64,000 bases of DNA from an uncultured Prevotella sp. (GCA_905233165.1 CAJODL010000001.1:563927-627926), one strand, 5' to 3'; shown: positions 27,266 to 36,640, counted from the first letter of the stretch. The notes: generated by a model not told the origin, from the sequence alone. Numbers and translations are program-made.

Positions 27266-28771
27266 TTATTCTTTGATATATTCAGAGAAATCTGTCAGAT
27301 GCATATCACCTTTTCTGCGGAGTGTGTCATGCATAGCAAAAGCACATGGCAGGTTGTGGTGTGTCTGTCCACCAGTTGCTATCTTAACGTATTCACGCAG
27401 GATAGGACGATAGTCGGGATGTGCGCAGTTCTCTATTATCAACTGGGCGCGTTCTATTGGAGCCTTGCCACGTAAGTCTGCAATACCCTGCTCTGTGATG
27501 ATGACATTAACATCATGCTCAGAGTGATCCTGATGGCTTACCATAGGCACGATAGATGATATCAAACCGCCCTTTGCTGTAGAAGCGCAGGTGAAAATAG
27601 AGATATATGCATTGCGTTCGAAGTCGCCTGAACCGCCAATACCGTTCATCATCTTTGTACCGCTGATATGTGTGGAGTTTGCATTGCCATATATATCAAC
27701 TTCGATAGCAGTGTTGATGGCAATGACACCAAGTCGGCGTATTACCTCTGGAGAGTTGCTTATCTCTGACTGACGGATTACGAGATGCTTTGAGAACAGG
27801 TCGAGATTGTCATATACCTTCATCAGACATTCGTTGTCAACGGTAAGAGAACATGTTGATGCGTCCTTCACACGTCCTGACAGCATCATGTCAACGATGG
27901 CGTTCTGGAATACTTCTGTATAGATATTGAAGTCTGGTACGCTCTTGTCCTTGCCGAGAGCTGCGAGAATAGCGTTGGCTGTTGAACCTACACCACTTTG
28001 CAATGGCAGAAACTCTGGAGGGATAATGCCACGCTTCATGTCACCTAACAGGAAATGTGCTACGTTAGCACCAATCTGGTCTGTGATAGGGTCTGTTCCC
28101 TTGAAGGCACGTGCCTCATCAGGTATGTTACACTCTATGACGCCGACAACCTTAGACTTCGGAATAGACAGATATGGCTTTCCTATCCTGTCTCTAACCG
28201 ATGTAATCATATATGGCTGACGGTAAGGGGGATTCTGTGGCTCGAAAATGTCGTGTAGCTGTCCAGCACCTTCGTTGTGGAAACTGTTGAGCTCTAAAAT
28301 GATTTTTTCTGCCATCATTGCAACAGTAGGGGAGATACCTCCTGCAGCAGTGAGGGAAACATTGTATTTGTCCCCGGCGTCTTCAATCTTACAAACCTCT
28401 ATGATACCCCAGTTCAGCGGACCATAGAAACCATAGCGCAGCTCCTGTGCCATGTGGCTGAGGTGCAGGTCGTTGTAACGGATTTCGTTTTTGTTTACAG
28501 AGGCACGGAAGTCTGGATTCGTGGTGTAAGGGGCACGGAAGTCGATAGCGTTGGCCAATGCCAAGTCACCATCAGTACTCTGTCCTGTTGATGCTCCTGT
28601 GAACAGGTTGATTTTGAAAGGATTGCCCTTCTCGTGTTCAGCTTGGGCAAGCTTTGCTAACTCCTTTGTTGTTGCCTTTGGCGCTCCTGCAGGGGTAAAT
28701 CCTGACAGGCCTATTGAGTCGCCATTCTTGATAAGTGAAGCCGCTTCTGCGGCAGTGATAGTTGTGTACAT
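27266..28771 (-). CDS. acetyl-CoA hydrolase/transferase family protein (succinyl-CoA:acetate CoA-transferase-like)
   Basis: 501 aa with family-typical blocks (GLSGFTPAG, LQSGVGSTANA, MNGIGGSGDF). Confidence 0.85.
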   Translation of the reverse strand: MYTTITAAEAASLIKNGDSIGLSGFTPAGAPKATTKELAKLAQAEHEKGNPFKINLFTGASTGQSTDGDLALANAIDFRAPYTTNPDFRASVNKNEIRYNDLHLSHMAQELRYGFYGPLNWGIIEVCKIEDAGDKYNVSLTAAGGISPTVAMMAEKIILELNSFHNEGAGQLHDIFEPQNPPYRQPYMITSVRDRIGKPYLSIPKSKVVGVIECNIPDEARAFKGTDPITDQIGANVAHFLLGDMKRGIIPPEFLPLQSGVGSTANAILAALGKDKSVPDFNIYTEVFQNAIVDMMLSGRVKDASTCSLTVDNECLMKVYDNLDLFSKHLVIRQSEISNSPEVIRRLGVIAINTAIEVDIYGNANSTHISGTKMMNGIGGSGDFERNAYISIFTCASTAKGGLISSIVPMVSHQDHSEHDVNVIITEQGIADLRGKAPIERAQLIIENCAHPDYRPILREYVKIATGGQTHHNLPCAFAMHDTLRRKGDMHLTDFSEYIKE

Positions 28772-28802
28772 ATGTCTTACGCGTAAATATTCAAATCGTG
28801 TG

Positions 28803-28810
28803 CAAAGATA
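28803..28810 (-). promoter_or_regulatory. -7 box (TAtcTTTG, minus strand) for the CoA-transferase operon
   Basis: caaagata on the plus strand, about 32 nt upstream of the start at 28771. Confidence 0.4.
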
Positions 28811-28914
28811 TAAAAAAAAGGTGAGAGCAAGATAGGAAGCCTTCCTTTTTCGTGTTTTTTTACTAAAAAAATATAAAAATTAACGATAATATGGGACATA
28901 ATAAGAACTTTTTA

Positions 28915-28922
28915 TACCTTTG
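28915..28922 (+). promoter_or_regulatory. -7 box (TAccTTTG) for greA
   Basis: tacctttg lies 80 nt upstream of ATG 29002. Confidence 0.45.
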
Positions 28923-29001
28923 TACCGAAATTTTAATGAAAGTATATGCGACTCTGAGCTTACTCGGGGTTGTTGTTTTTTTGTATAAATACAGATAAAA
29001 T

Positions 29002-29466
29002 ATGGCTTACATGTCAAAAGAGGGCTACGAAAATATGGTAGCCGAACTTCACCGTCTTGAGGCGGTAGAGATGCCTAAGGCAAGTGCTGCTATTGCAGAA
29101 GCGCGTGACAAGGGCGATTTGTCGGAGAATTCAGAGTATGATGCTGCTAAAGAGGCACAGGCTAATCTGGCTATCAGAATAAATGCGTTGAAAACTCAGA
29201 TAGCAGATGCTAAGATTGTGGATAAGAGTCGTCTTTCTACTGATGCTGTGCAGCTGCTCAGCAAGGTCGAAATGACAAACCTTGGTAATAAGGCAAAGAT
29301 GTCTTATACTATAGTAAGTGCTAATGAGGCTAATCTTCGAGAGGGAAAGATCTCTATCGAAACACCTATCGCACAGGCATTGCTCAACCACAAAGTAGGT
29401 GACGAAGTAGAAGTAAAAGTACCAAACGGTATTCTGAAACTTAAAATTGAGAATATTAGTTATTGA
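29002..29466 (+). CDS. greA: transcription elongation factor GreA
   Basis: GDLSENSEYDAAKEAQ motif and a C-terminal FKBP-like domain. Confidence 0.95.
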   Translation: MAYMSKEGYENMVAELHRLEAVEMPKASAAIAEARDKGDLSENSEYDAAKEAQANLAIRINALKTQIADAKIVDKSRLSTDAVQLLSKVEMTNLGNKAKMSYTIVSANEANLREGKISIETPIAQALLNHKVGDEVEVKVPNGILKLKIENISY

Positions 29467-29467
29467 C

Positions 29468-29526
29468 CCTTAACGGTTATCGGTTAAAGACCTTTAAACT
29501 CTAAACTCTAAACTCTAAACTAAAAC
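29468..29526. repeat. heptad-built greA-HIT spacer (cggttat cggttaa ... taaactc x3)
   Basis: Period 7 is continuous from the greA stop to the HIT ATG (29528). Confidence 0.85.
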
Positions 29527-29527
29527 A

Positions 29528-29926
29528 ATGGATATTTTCTCAAAAATTGCTGCTGGTGAGATTCCCAGTTATAAGTGTGCAGAGAATGAAGAATTCTACG
29601 CGTTTCTTGATATTAGTCCTGTAGTAAAGGCTCATGTCCTCGTAATCCCACGTCGAGAGGTTGATTATCTCTTTGATATGGAAGATGATGAGATAGCCCG
29701 TTATTTCGTGTTCGCCAAGAAGGTGGCAAAGGCTATCAAGGAGGCGTTCCCTTGTAAGAAGGTTGGCATGAGTGTCTTTGGCTTGGAAGTAGCACATGCT
29801 CATATCCACCTGATGCCAATGGACACAGAGGGTGATATGGATTTCCGCAGGGAAAAGCTGTCATTGCCAGCAAACGAGATGGAAGAGATAGCAAATAAAA
29901 TTTTTACAGCTTTCCAAAACCTTTGA
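29528..29926 (+). CDS. HIT family protein
   Basis: Histidine triad HAHIHLMP. Confidence 0.9.
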   Translation: MDIFSKIAAGEIPSYKCAENEEFYAFLDISPVVKAHVLVIPRREVDYLFDMEDDEIARYFVFAKKVAKAIKEAFPCKKVGMSVFGLEVAHAHIHLMPMDTEGDMDFRREKLSLPANEMEEIANKIFTAFQNL

Positions 29927-29982
29927 CCTTTGACCTTAGACCTTTGACCTTTGGCCTTAGACCTTAGACCTTTGACCTTTGA
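29920..29982. repeat. heptad tract (cctttga/ccttaga x9) from the HIT stop toward rbfA
   Basis: Nine in-register 7-mers. Confidence 0.9.
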
Positions 29983-29994
29983 CTTTTTATAATT

Positions 29995-30330
29995 ATGCAA
30001 GAAACACGACAAAACAGAATATGTAGGCTCCTGCAGAAAGAGTTGAGCCTTATCTTCCAAAGCCAGACACGTGCCATGAAGGGCGTGATGGTTAGTGTTA
30101 CTCGTGTGAGGGTCTCCCCAGACTTAAGCATCTGTACGGCATATCTGTCCATCTTCCCTTCTGAGAAGAGTGAGGAATTGCTGCAGAATATCCAACGAAA
30201 CACTTCACAAGTACGCTATGAGTTGGGAACAAGGGTTCGTAACCAGTTGCGTATAATTCCTGAATTACGCTTCTTCATTGATGATAGTCTTGATTATATC
30301 GAACGTATAGACGAGTTGTTGCAGAAGTAA
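29995..30330 (+). CDS. rbfA: ribosome-binding factor A
   Basis: 111 aa. VSVTRVRVSPDLS..AYLSIF and IPELRFFIDDS are typical of RbfA. Confidence 0.9.
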   Translation: MQETRQNRICRLLQKELSLIFQSQTRAMKGVMVSVTRVRVSPDLSICTAYLSIFPSEKSEELLQNIQRNTSQVRYELGTRVRNQLRIIPELRFFIDDSLDYIERIDELLQK

Positions 30331-30339
30331 AGAAACACC

Positions 30340-31578
30340 ATGCGCCAGTCAACCTCTTCACTACACACATCATTATATATAGCTCTCCGATATCTGTTCT
30401 CTAAGAAGAGCACAAACGTGATAAATGTGATATCGGCTATCAGTGTAGTGGGCGTTATGGTAGCAACAACGGCACTTGTGGTCGTATTAAGTGTCTTCAA
30501 TGGCTTCTCTGATTTAGTAGCTACCTTTTTTACCAGTTTTGACCCACAGCTGAAGATTGTTCCTGCTATGGGCAAGACGTGTTCTGCTGACAATCCGAAA
30601 CTTGTTGAGATAAAAAGTCTCGATGAGGTGGCCGTTGCTACTGAATGTGTCGAAGAACAGGCTCTGGCACTCTATGGTGACCAGCAGGCTATGGTGTATA
30701 TAAAGGGTGTGGATGATTCCTTCACCAAGCTGACGCATATTAATGATATCTGCTATGGTGACGGAAACTTTGCCCTTCATGCTGCTGACTTGGAATATGG
30801 CACTCCTGGCTTGCGCCTCGCTCAGACCTTACACATGCCGGCTCGCTATCAGGGGTTCCTTTATATCTATGCTCCAAATAGGGTGGGGCAGTTGGATTTG
30901 ATGAATCCCCTCGATGGCTTTGTCGTCGATTCCTTGATATCCCCTGGTGTGGTATTCTGCGTGCAGCAGGCTCGATATGACAAAAACTATATCGTTACCT
31001 CCCTGCGCTTTGCCAGGATGTTGTTCCAGTGCGATGGCGAGATAACGTCATTGGAACTGAAGCTGAAGCCCGATTTGTATATTCCTGACGTGAAAAAGAG
31101 GATTGAGGGAATATGTGGCAAGGACTTCAAGGTGTTGGACAGGTATGAGCAGCAGTCAGAAACGTTTAATATTATGAAGGTGGAGAAATTGATTGCCTAC
31201 ATCTTCCTCACCTTTATTCTTATTGTTGCTTGCTTTAATATCATTGGTTCTTTGTCGATGCTCATCATCGATAAGAGGGCCGATGCCCAGACGCTGCGTG
31301 CCTTAGGAGCACGTGAGAGTCTCATAAGGAATGTTTTCCTCTTCGAGGGATGGGCAATAAGCATCCTTGGTGCTATCCTTGGTGTGATATTGGGCTTGCT
31401 CCTGTGCTTGTTGCAACAGCAATATGGCATAGTGAGTCTTGGCGATGCCGATGGCTCTTTCATCGTTGATGCCTATCCTGTCAGCGTACATTATACAGAT
31501 GTATTGGGCGTCTTCGTGACAGTCGTTATAATCGGATTCATTAGTTCTTTGGTAACCCTACATATTCGAAAAGTTTGA
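30340..31578 (+). CDS. FtsX-like ABC permease (LolC/E-like)
   Basis: MacB-type topology: N-terminal TM, a large periplasmic domain and a C-terminal FtsX 3-TM bundle. Confidence 0.8.
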   Translation: MRQSTSSLHTSLYIALRYLFSKKSTNVINVISAISVVGVMVATTALVVVLSVFNGFSDLVATFFTSFDPQLKIVPAMGKTCSADNPKLVEIKSLDEVAVATECVEEQALALYGDQQAMVYIKGVDDSFTKLTHINDICYGDGNFALHAADLEYGTPGLRLAQTLHMPARYQGFLYIYAPNRVGQLDLMNPLDGFVVDSLISPGVVFCVQQARYDKNYIVTSLRFARMLFQCDGEITSLELKLKPDLYIPDVKKRIEGICGKDFKVLDRYEQQSETFNIMKVEKLIAYIFLTFILIVACFNIIGSLSMLIIDKRADAQTLRALGARESLIRNVFLFEGWAISILGAILGVILGLLLCLLQQQYGIVSLGDADGSFIVDAYPVSVHYTDVLGVFVTVVIIGFISSLVTLHIRKV

Positions 31579-31607
31579 TTAAGTGAGAAGAAAAGGAATG
31601 TATTTCT

Positions 31608-34600
31608 TTGCTCGAACGTGAAAATTTTATCAAAAACATGGTTAATATTGATGTTTTTACCCTTTGCCCCAGCAGCCCTGGGATTGTCTCTTCAGAACAG
31701 ATGGCTGCAATAGCGGAGCAGATAAAGACTGAGTTTGTACTGTTGTCACTAAAACCTACTCCCTATGTCCTTGGTCAGAATGCCTTGGCTCGCATGCAGC
31801 GTGTTATGCGTGAGACAGCATCTGTGCTTGTCTATGCCGACAGATACCAGGAGGTAACTATCGATGGCAAGAAAGAAATCCGCAAGTGTCCTGCTATTGA
31901 TTATCAGGAGGGCTCTATTCGCGATGACTTCGACTTCGGACAGTTGGTGCTGGTACGCTCCAGCCTGCTGCGTTCTTTCATGAAACAGCAAAAGCAGCAG
32001 TATGCCTATGCTGCATGGTATGCCTTCCGCCTGTTCCTGCAGCGTAGTGGCGAACTCTTCCACCTGAATGAATTCCTTTATACGGAGCAGGAGCGTGATA
32101 CGCGTGCCAGTGGGGCAAAACAATTTGACTATGTGAATCCTCAGAATCGCAGCCTGCAGATCGAGATGGAACAGGCTGCAACGATACATCTTACTACCAT
32201 AGGCGCTAAGGTGGATACTACGAAACTGCTGGAGGTTGACTTCAACGAGCAGGATTTTGAATATGAGGCATCTGTCATCATCCCTGTCTTCAATCGTGAG
32301 AAGACCATTGCCGATGCAGTGAAGAGTGCCCTCTCTCAGGAGACGAAGTTTCCTTACAATGTCATCGTTGTTGACAACCATTCTACAGACCAGACACCAT
32401 TTATCCTTGGTAGCATAAGCGACAAGCGTCTGATACATATCATCCCAGAGCGTACCGACCTTGGTATTGGTGGCTGTTGGAATGAAGCCATCCACTCCGA
32501 TTACTGCGGACGTTTCGCTGTTCAGCTGGATAGTGATGACCTCTATTCCAGCCCAAAGACCCTCCAGCGTATAGTGGATGCTTTCTATCGTCAGAAGGCT
32601 GCCATGATGATAGGTTCCTATCGCATCTGCGACTTTAATCTCGAAACACTTCCCCCTGGCCTCATAGACCATAAGGAGTGGACAGATGAAAATGGTCCTA
32701 ATAATGCTTTGCGTATCAATGGCCTGGGTGCTCCACGCGCCTTCTTTACTCCGCTGATACGTCATATCGGTTTCCCTAATACCAGCTATGGTGAAGACTA
32801 TGCTATAGGGCTTGCCTTCTCACGTTTCTTCAGGATTGGACGTATCTTTGAAGAGCTCTATCTGTGTCGCCGATGGAGTGGTAACAGCGATGCTGCCCTC
32901 AGCATCGAGAAGGTAAATGCCAATAACCTTTATAAGGATCGCCTGCGCACAATAGAGATAAAGGCCCGTCAGCAGGTTAATGAGGGGCTGCTGAAGGTTA
33001 ATGTGGGCGATGCCCTGCAGCGTTTCCATAATCGTCAGTTAGAGGTGTGGGATGCTACCCGTAAGCGTTATGAAGAGTTGGCAAATGTGAAGGTGAAGGA
33101 GTTGGACGAACTGAAGGCGCAGTTTAACCCTGCACGCATCGTCTCTACTGGCGCAAATATCGAGAAGTCGGCACTGATGAAACGCCGTTGCTTCCTGTGT
33201 AAGGAGAATCGTCCTGAGGAACAGTTCTCAAAGCAGATAAAGATTGATAATGATGCCACATACGAGCTTCTCGTCAATCCGTTCCCTATCTTGCCGGAAC
33301 ACTTCACCATACCTCTGGTGTCGCATGAGCCACAGTCGATATACAAGCATTTTGGCACTATCCGTCAGCTGCTGCGTCGCTATTCTCGCATCATGGTGTT
33401 CTATAATGGTCCTCTCTGTGGGGCCTCTGCTCCTGACCACATGCATTTCCAGGCTGGCACATCAGGCATCGTGCCTATACAGACAGCGTGGAAGCGCCTG
33501 AAGAATACCATGCAGGTGATTCTCGATAATGATGAAGGCGAGAAACTGGCTCTTATTACTGACTATGTATGTCCTGTCTTTGCTATTATTACAAATAATG
33601 CCAAGACAGAAGAGACCTTCTTCCATCGACTCTATCGTGCTATGGACACTGGTAAGGGCGAACCGATGATGAATATCATTGCATGGAAGCAGGACAGTGA
33701 ATATATCACCCTCGTCTTCCCACGCAGCAACCATCGTCCTGCTGCATATCCTAATCCTATGGTGTCACCAGGGGCCCTCGATATGGCGGGACTGATAATC
33801 ACACCTCGTGAGGAGGACTTTAATGCTATGACGACAGAGCAGGCAACAGCCATCCTGCAGGAGGTGAGCGTCACGATGCGTACAGCCGAGGATATCGCTG
33901 AGAGAATAAAAAAGGATGTGCATACACCTACCCAAGCACCTCTGCCTGCTACGTCCATTACCCGTATGGCACATCAGCCAAATGTGAAGGTGGGCATAGT
34001 ACGCGCCATAGAGATACACTTCACCCTTTATGGCGATTATATCGCTAAGGGACAGACCGTAACAGGTCAGCAGACAGCAGAGTATGTTGATGGAGCTATC
34101 CGATGGAATGGCACATTATATAAGGAATTGACCTTCACGCCTGCAGAAAATAATAGTGGTGCTGGTGATGCTACTACTGCTGGTGACCCAGGCACCTTCT
34201 CCTTGGAGAATGTGATGATAGGCATCGGCTTCCATTGGGAGCGTCAGCAGACGCAGACCTTTGTGGGTACCCTGCATTTCGTGGTGGAGAAGGATGGCGT
34301 GACAGCCATCAATGAGCTGCCGGTAGAGAAGTATATTGAGAGTGTTATCACCTCCGAGATGTCTGCTACGTCGTCCCTCGAACTCCTTAAGGCTCATGCC
34401 ATTATCTCGCGTTCGTGGCTGATGGCGACATCACGTCCTGCAACACATGAGTTGTATGATGTGTGTGCCGATGACCATTGTCAGAGGTATCAGGGCATCA
34501 CGTCGTTTGTCAATCCTACTGTCGCACAGGCAGTGCGTGAGACGTGTGGTCAGGTGTTGGCCTATCAGGGGGAGATATGCGATACACGCTATTCTAAGTG

Positions 34601-35243
34601 TTGTGGCGGTATTACGGAGGAATTCCAATACTGCTGGGAGAATATCAAGAAGCCATATCTGCGTTCTATTCATGACCCATACTGTAATACCCAGGATAAG
34701 AAGATACTCTCTGAGGTACTCAGGGATTATGATCAGGAGACGTTAGACTTCCATGACTGGCTCGTCACCTATACACAGGAAGAGTTGGCATCCATACTGC
34801 AGGACAATCTCGGTATCGACTTTGGCCACATCCTCAGTCTTGAGGCTCTGGAGCGTGGTAAGAGTGGTCGTATCTCCTCACTGCGCATTGTGGGTGATAA
34901 GGCAGAGAAGACCATTGGTAAGGAGCTCGCCATCCGCAAGGCCCTGTCACGTTCGTGTCTCTATAGTTCCGCCTTCACTGTTGCGACGACAAATAAGAGT
35001 GACACTCTGTTGGGACAGCTCTCCGCCCTCATTCCACATCCATCATCCATCATCCATAATCCATCATCCAACAGCCATCAGCCAACAACTTGGCCGGCCC
35101 ACTTTATTTTGAATGGCAAAGGCTGGGGTCATGGAGTAGGGTTGTGTCAGATAGGCGCTGCCGTCATGGGCGCCAAGGGAATACCATACGACGATATCCT
35201 GAAGTTCTATTATCAGGGCACCGAAATCGAAAAAGCGTGGTAG
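31608..35243 (+). CDS. tri-domain fusion protein: N-terminal unknown region, GT2 glycosyltransferase, DUF4922/HIT-like nucleotide-sugar phosphorylase-like domain and SpoIID/LytB domain
   Basis: GT2: [10 protein letters not shown]...[10 protein letters not shown] (about 32.27 kb). HIT-like: CFLC..N.PEEQ and [10 protein letters not shown] (33438-33452). SpoIID: [27 protein letters not shown]. Start is TTG 31608 or ATG 31638. Confidence 0.8.
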   Translation: MLERENFIKNMVNIDVFTLCPSSPGIVSSEQMAAIAEQIKTEFVLLSLKPTPYVLGQNALARMQRVMRETASVLVYADRYQEVTIDGKKEIRKCPAIDYQEGSIRDDFDFGQLVLVRSSLLRSFMKQQKQQYAYAAWYAFRLFLQRSGELFHLNEFLYTEQERDTRASGAKQFDYVNPQNRSLQIEMEQAATIHLTTIGAKVDTTKLLEVDFNEQDFEYEASVIIPVFNREKTIADAVKSALSQETKFPYNVIVVDNHSTDQTPFILGSISDKRLIHIIPERTDLGIGGCWNEAIHSDYCGRFAVQLDSDDLYSSPKTLQRIVDAFYRQKAAMMIGSYRICDFNLETLPPGLIDHKEWTDENGPNNALRINGLGAPRAFFTPLIRHIGFPNTSYGEDYAIGLAFSRFFRIGRIFEELYLCRRWSGNSDAALSIEKVNANNLYKDRLRTIEIKARQQVNEGLLKVNVGDALQRFHNRQLEVWDATRKRYEELANVKVKELDELKAQFNPARIVSTGANIEKSALMKRRCFLCKENRPEEQFSKQIKIDNDATYELLVNPFPILPEHFTIPLVSHEPQSIYKHFGTIRQLLRRYSRIMVFYNGPLCGASAPDHMHFQAGTSGIVPIQTAWKRLKNTMQVILDNDEGEKLALITDYVCPVFAIITNNAKTEETFFHRLYRAMDTGKGEPMMNIIAWKQDSEYITLVFPRSNHRPAAYPNPMVSPGALDMAGLIITPREEDFNAMTTEQATAILQEVSVTMRTAEDIAERIKKDVHTPTQAPLPATSITRMAHQPNVKVGIVRAIEIHFTLYGDYIAKGQTVTGQQTAEYVDGAIRWNGTLYKELTFTPAENNSGAGDATTAGDPGTFSLENVMIGIGFHWERQQTQTFVGTLHFVVEKDGVTAINELPVEKYIESVITSEMSATSSLELLKAHAIISRSWLMATSRPATHELYDVCADDHCQRYQGITSFVNPTVAQAVRETCGQVLAYQGEICDTRYSKCCGGITEEFQYCWENIKKPYLRSIHDPYCNTQDKKILSEVLRDYDQETLDFHDWLVTYTQEELASILQDNLGIDFGHILSLEALERGKSGRISSLRIVGDKAEKTIGKELAIRKALSRSCLYSSAFTVATTNKSDTLLGQLSALIPHPSSIIHNPSSNSHQPTTWPAHFILNGKGWGHGVGLCQIGAAVMGAKGIPYDDILKFYYQGTEIEKAW
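35044..35099. repeat. heptad tract (ccacatc catcatc x2 cataatc catcatc caacagc catcagc caacaac) inside the SpoIID-domain coding region
   Basis: Eight in-register 7-mers. Translated as a non-repetitive [19 protein letters not shown]. Confidence 0.85.
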
Positions 35244-35246
35244 CGT

Positions 35247-35322
35247 TACCGCTTGCCCCAATTTTAAAGCCCCAATTTTAAAGCCCCAAAAATAAACGTA
35301 GGCTGCAAATGTGCAGCCTACG
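35247..35322. repeat. left copy of the 76-bp perfect inverted repeat (two 14-bp tandem units plus a terminator hairpin)
   Basis: taccgcttgccccaattttaaagccccaattttaaagccccaaaaataaacgtaggctgcaaatgtgcagcctacg is the exact reverse complement of 47996-48071. Confidence 0.95.
35297..35322. terminator. bidirectional terminator hairpin inside the left IR
   Basis: 11-bp stem cgtaggctgca/tgcagcctacg with a 4-nt loop. A T-rich run follows on both strands. Confidence 0.65.
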
Positions 35323-35385
35323 AACTTTTATCTTTTAATTTTTGACTCTCCACTCACAACTGACTCTAAACTCTTAACTTTGAAA
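35323..35385. repeat. heptad tract (aactttt atctttt aattttt gactctc cactcac aactgac tctaaac tcttaac tttgaaa)
   Basis: Nine in-register 7-mers between the left IR and the 3' end of the small minus-strand gene. Confidence 0.8.
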
Positions 35386-35562
35386 ATCATCCTTGATTTT
35401 CTTAATGTAGTAGTCCAGTCCGAATATAGAACCTGCGAGTAGGAAAGCTTGCGCTACATACATGAGTAGTCCGTTAGCCACGTCAGCTATGGTAAGTACT
35501 TGGTACGCCACCATCATTATTGAAGCGCAAGCATATTGTACTATGGAAAAACTCTTTCTCAT
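35374..35562 (-). CDS. small membrane protein (62 aa)
   Basis: MRKSFSIVQYACASIMMVAYQVL...; two hydrophobic helices. ATG 35562 preferred over the 35610 track start. Confidence 0.4.
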   Translation of the reverse strand: MRKSFSIVQYACASIMMVAYQVLTIADVANGLLMYVAQAFLLAGSIFGLDYYIKKIKDDFQS

Positions 35563-35657
35563 TACAACTGAGCACCCCCGATACCACCAGCGAGACCAGC
35601 AAGGATGCAATACGCTATACGAATAAGTATCGATTTAAAAGAACCATTTATTTTCAT
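35562..35657 (-). CDS. candidate 31-aa hydrophobic peptide (below the ORF-track cutoff)
   Basis: ATG at 35657 encodes MKINGSFKSILIRIAYCILAGLAGGIGGAQL. Its stop overlaps the next start (TAATG). Confidence 0.25.
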   Translation of the reverse strand: MKINGSFKSILIRIAYCILAGLAGGIGGAQL

Positions 35658-35659
35658 AA

Positions 35660-35729
35660 CTTTAAACTTTCTACTTTAAACTTTTAACTGCCTATAAACT
35701 TTACACTTTAAACTCTACACTCTACACTA
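35660..35729. repeat. heptad tract (ctttaaa ctttcta ... tacactc tacacta)
   Basis: Ten in-register 7-mers downstream of the HU-like gene. Confidence 0.85.
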
Positions 35730-35778
35730 TTTCCCACAACTCAATCCCCCCGAAGGGGGAAAGAGTTAGGGAAATCGT

Positions 35779-36390
35779 TTATCCCTCTTCCCAACCGTCG
35801 CCGGTGTTACCACCGCCGCCGTTGTTGCCGCCAGTGCTTGGTTCAGGGTCGGAGGGCTCATTCTGAGTATTCTGATTACTCTGATTACTCTGATTATTCT
35901 GAGTATTCTGAGAGCCCTCTGAGCCCTCCTCTGGGTCTTCCACCTCGCCAGCGTCAGAAGTGACACGCTTGATGATGTTGCCGTCCTTGTCGTAACAAGT
36001 GATGTTGATAGAAGTCTGCTTGAGTTCCTGCTTCAGGTCCACAGAAGGAGTGAACACGATACGACGAGAAGTGATGAGCTTTGATGCCACATCGTTTACA
36101 TCAGCGACGCTTTCAGAACGGAGTCCGAAACGCATGGTACCGAGTCCAGGGATTGCCACAGAGTGACCTTCAGTAGCCCATGCCTTGATTACCTCACCTG
36201 CTGCATCCCAACAAGCAGACATTACACCCTTAGAGACACCGCTACGCAGAGCAGCCTCTGAAATAACCTTGCTTTCGGAAAGTTTGCTGTAGAGCTCAGG
36301 CTTCAGCACATAGCGATAGCCAAGTGACTTCCCTTCCTTGTCGGAAAAATGACTGAGATCAGTCTCGATTGCTTTAACTTTAATAGACAT
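35779..36390 (-). CDS. Bacteroidota HU-related (histone-like) DNA-binding protein with a low-complexity C-terminal tail
   Basis: Core ...VISEAALRSGVSKGVM...VAIPGLGTMRFGL... resembles HU_rel proteins. The tail is QNTQNNQSNQSNQNTQNE...GGNNGGGGN. Confidence 0.7.
   Translation of the reverse strand: MSIKVKAIETDLSHFSDKEGKSLGYRYVLKPELYSKLSESKVISEAALRSGVSKGVMSACWDAAGEVIKAWATEGHSVAIPGLGTMRFGLRSESVADVNDVASKLITSRRIVFTPSVDLKQELKQTSINITCYDKDGNIIKRVTSDAGEVEDPEEGSEGSQNTQNNQSNQSNQNTQNEPSDPEPSTGGNNGGGGNTGDGWEEG
35860..35913. repeat. 9-bp-period tract (attctgagt/attctgatt/actctgatt) encoding the HU-like tail
   Basis: Six nonamers, in frame (Q-N-T/S repeats on the minus strand). Confidence 0.85.
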
Positions 36391-36453
36391 GATTTTGAAA
36401 ATTTTGAATTTTGATTGATTAATAATTTAACATTTCTCATGGCATCCTTCTTC

Positions 36454-36462
36454 TTATCCACA
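36454..36462 (+). promoter_or_regulatory. perfect DnaA-box 9-mer (TTATCCACA)
   Basis: Exact consensus 9-mer about 180 bp from the iteron-like arrays. A single occurrence could be chance. Confidence 0.3.
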
Positions 36463-36483
36463 ATCTTCAATCTTCAGTCTTCA
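36456..36483. repeat. heptad tract (atccaca atcttca atcttca gtcttca)
   Basis: Four 7-mers that overlap the DnaA-box-like 9-mer. Confidence 0.7.
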
Positions 36484-36557
36484 AAATTTTCTATGCGCAT
36501 GAAAATATTTTTTATGCTCTTGAAACGAAATAGCTGCGCGCTTGCTGATTTCTGATG

Positions 36558-36565
36558 CAAAGGTA
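36558..36565 (-). promoter_or_regulatory. -7 box (TAccTTTG, minus strand) for the HU-like gene
   Basis: caaaggta on the plus strand, about 170 nt upstream of the start at 36390. Confidence 0.4.
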
Positions 36566-36640
36566 CGACATATTTTTCTCTCACGAAAAATTAGCGTGGA
36601 TTTTAACATTTAGTCTTTTTGTGGTGGCTTCTGAGGTACG

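Noticed and set aside
29800-30060. 86-aa minus-strand ORF with KVKGLRSKAKGQRSKVKGQR repeats. Similar repeat-derived ORFs occur at 53808-54119(-) and 44588-44888(-).
   Set aside because: The peptide repeats are simply the heptad or hexamer DNA tracts read in frame. The ORFs overlap bona fide genes (HIT/rbfA, ftsH, primase-helicase) on the other strand.
31749-32765. Long antisense ORFs in the track: this 338-aa one, plus 1156-1755(-), 43828-44427(-), 46401-47096(-), 48600-49304(+), 52588-53373(-) and 58756-59667(-).
   Set aside because: Each lies entirely within, and opposite to, a gene with strong family motifs. Their translations are low-complexity or Cys/His/Arg-rich with no recognisable motifs. 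They are treated as shadow ORFs.
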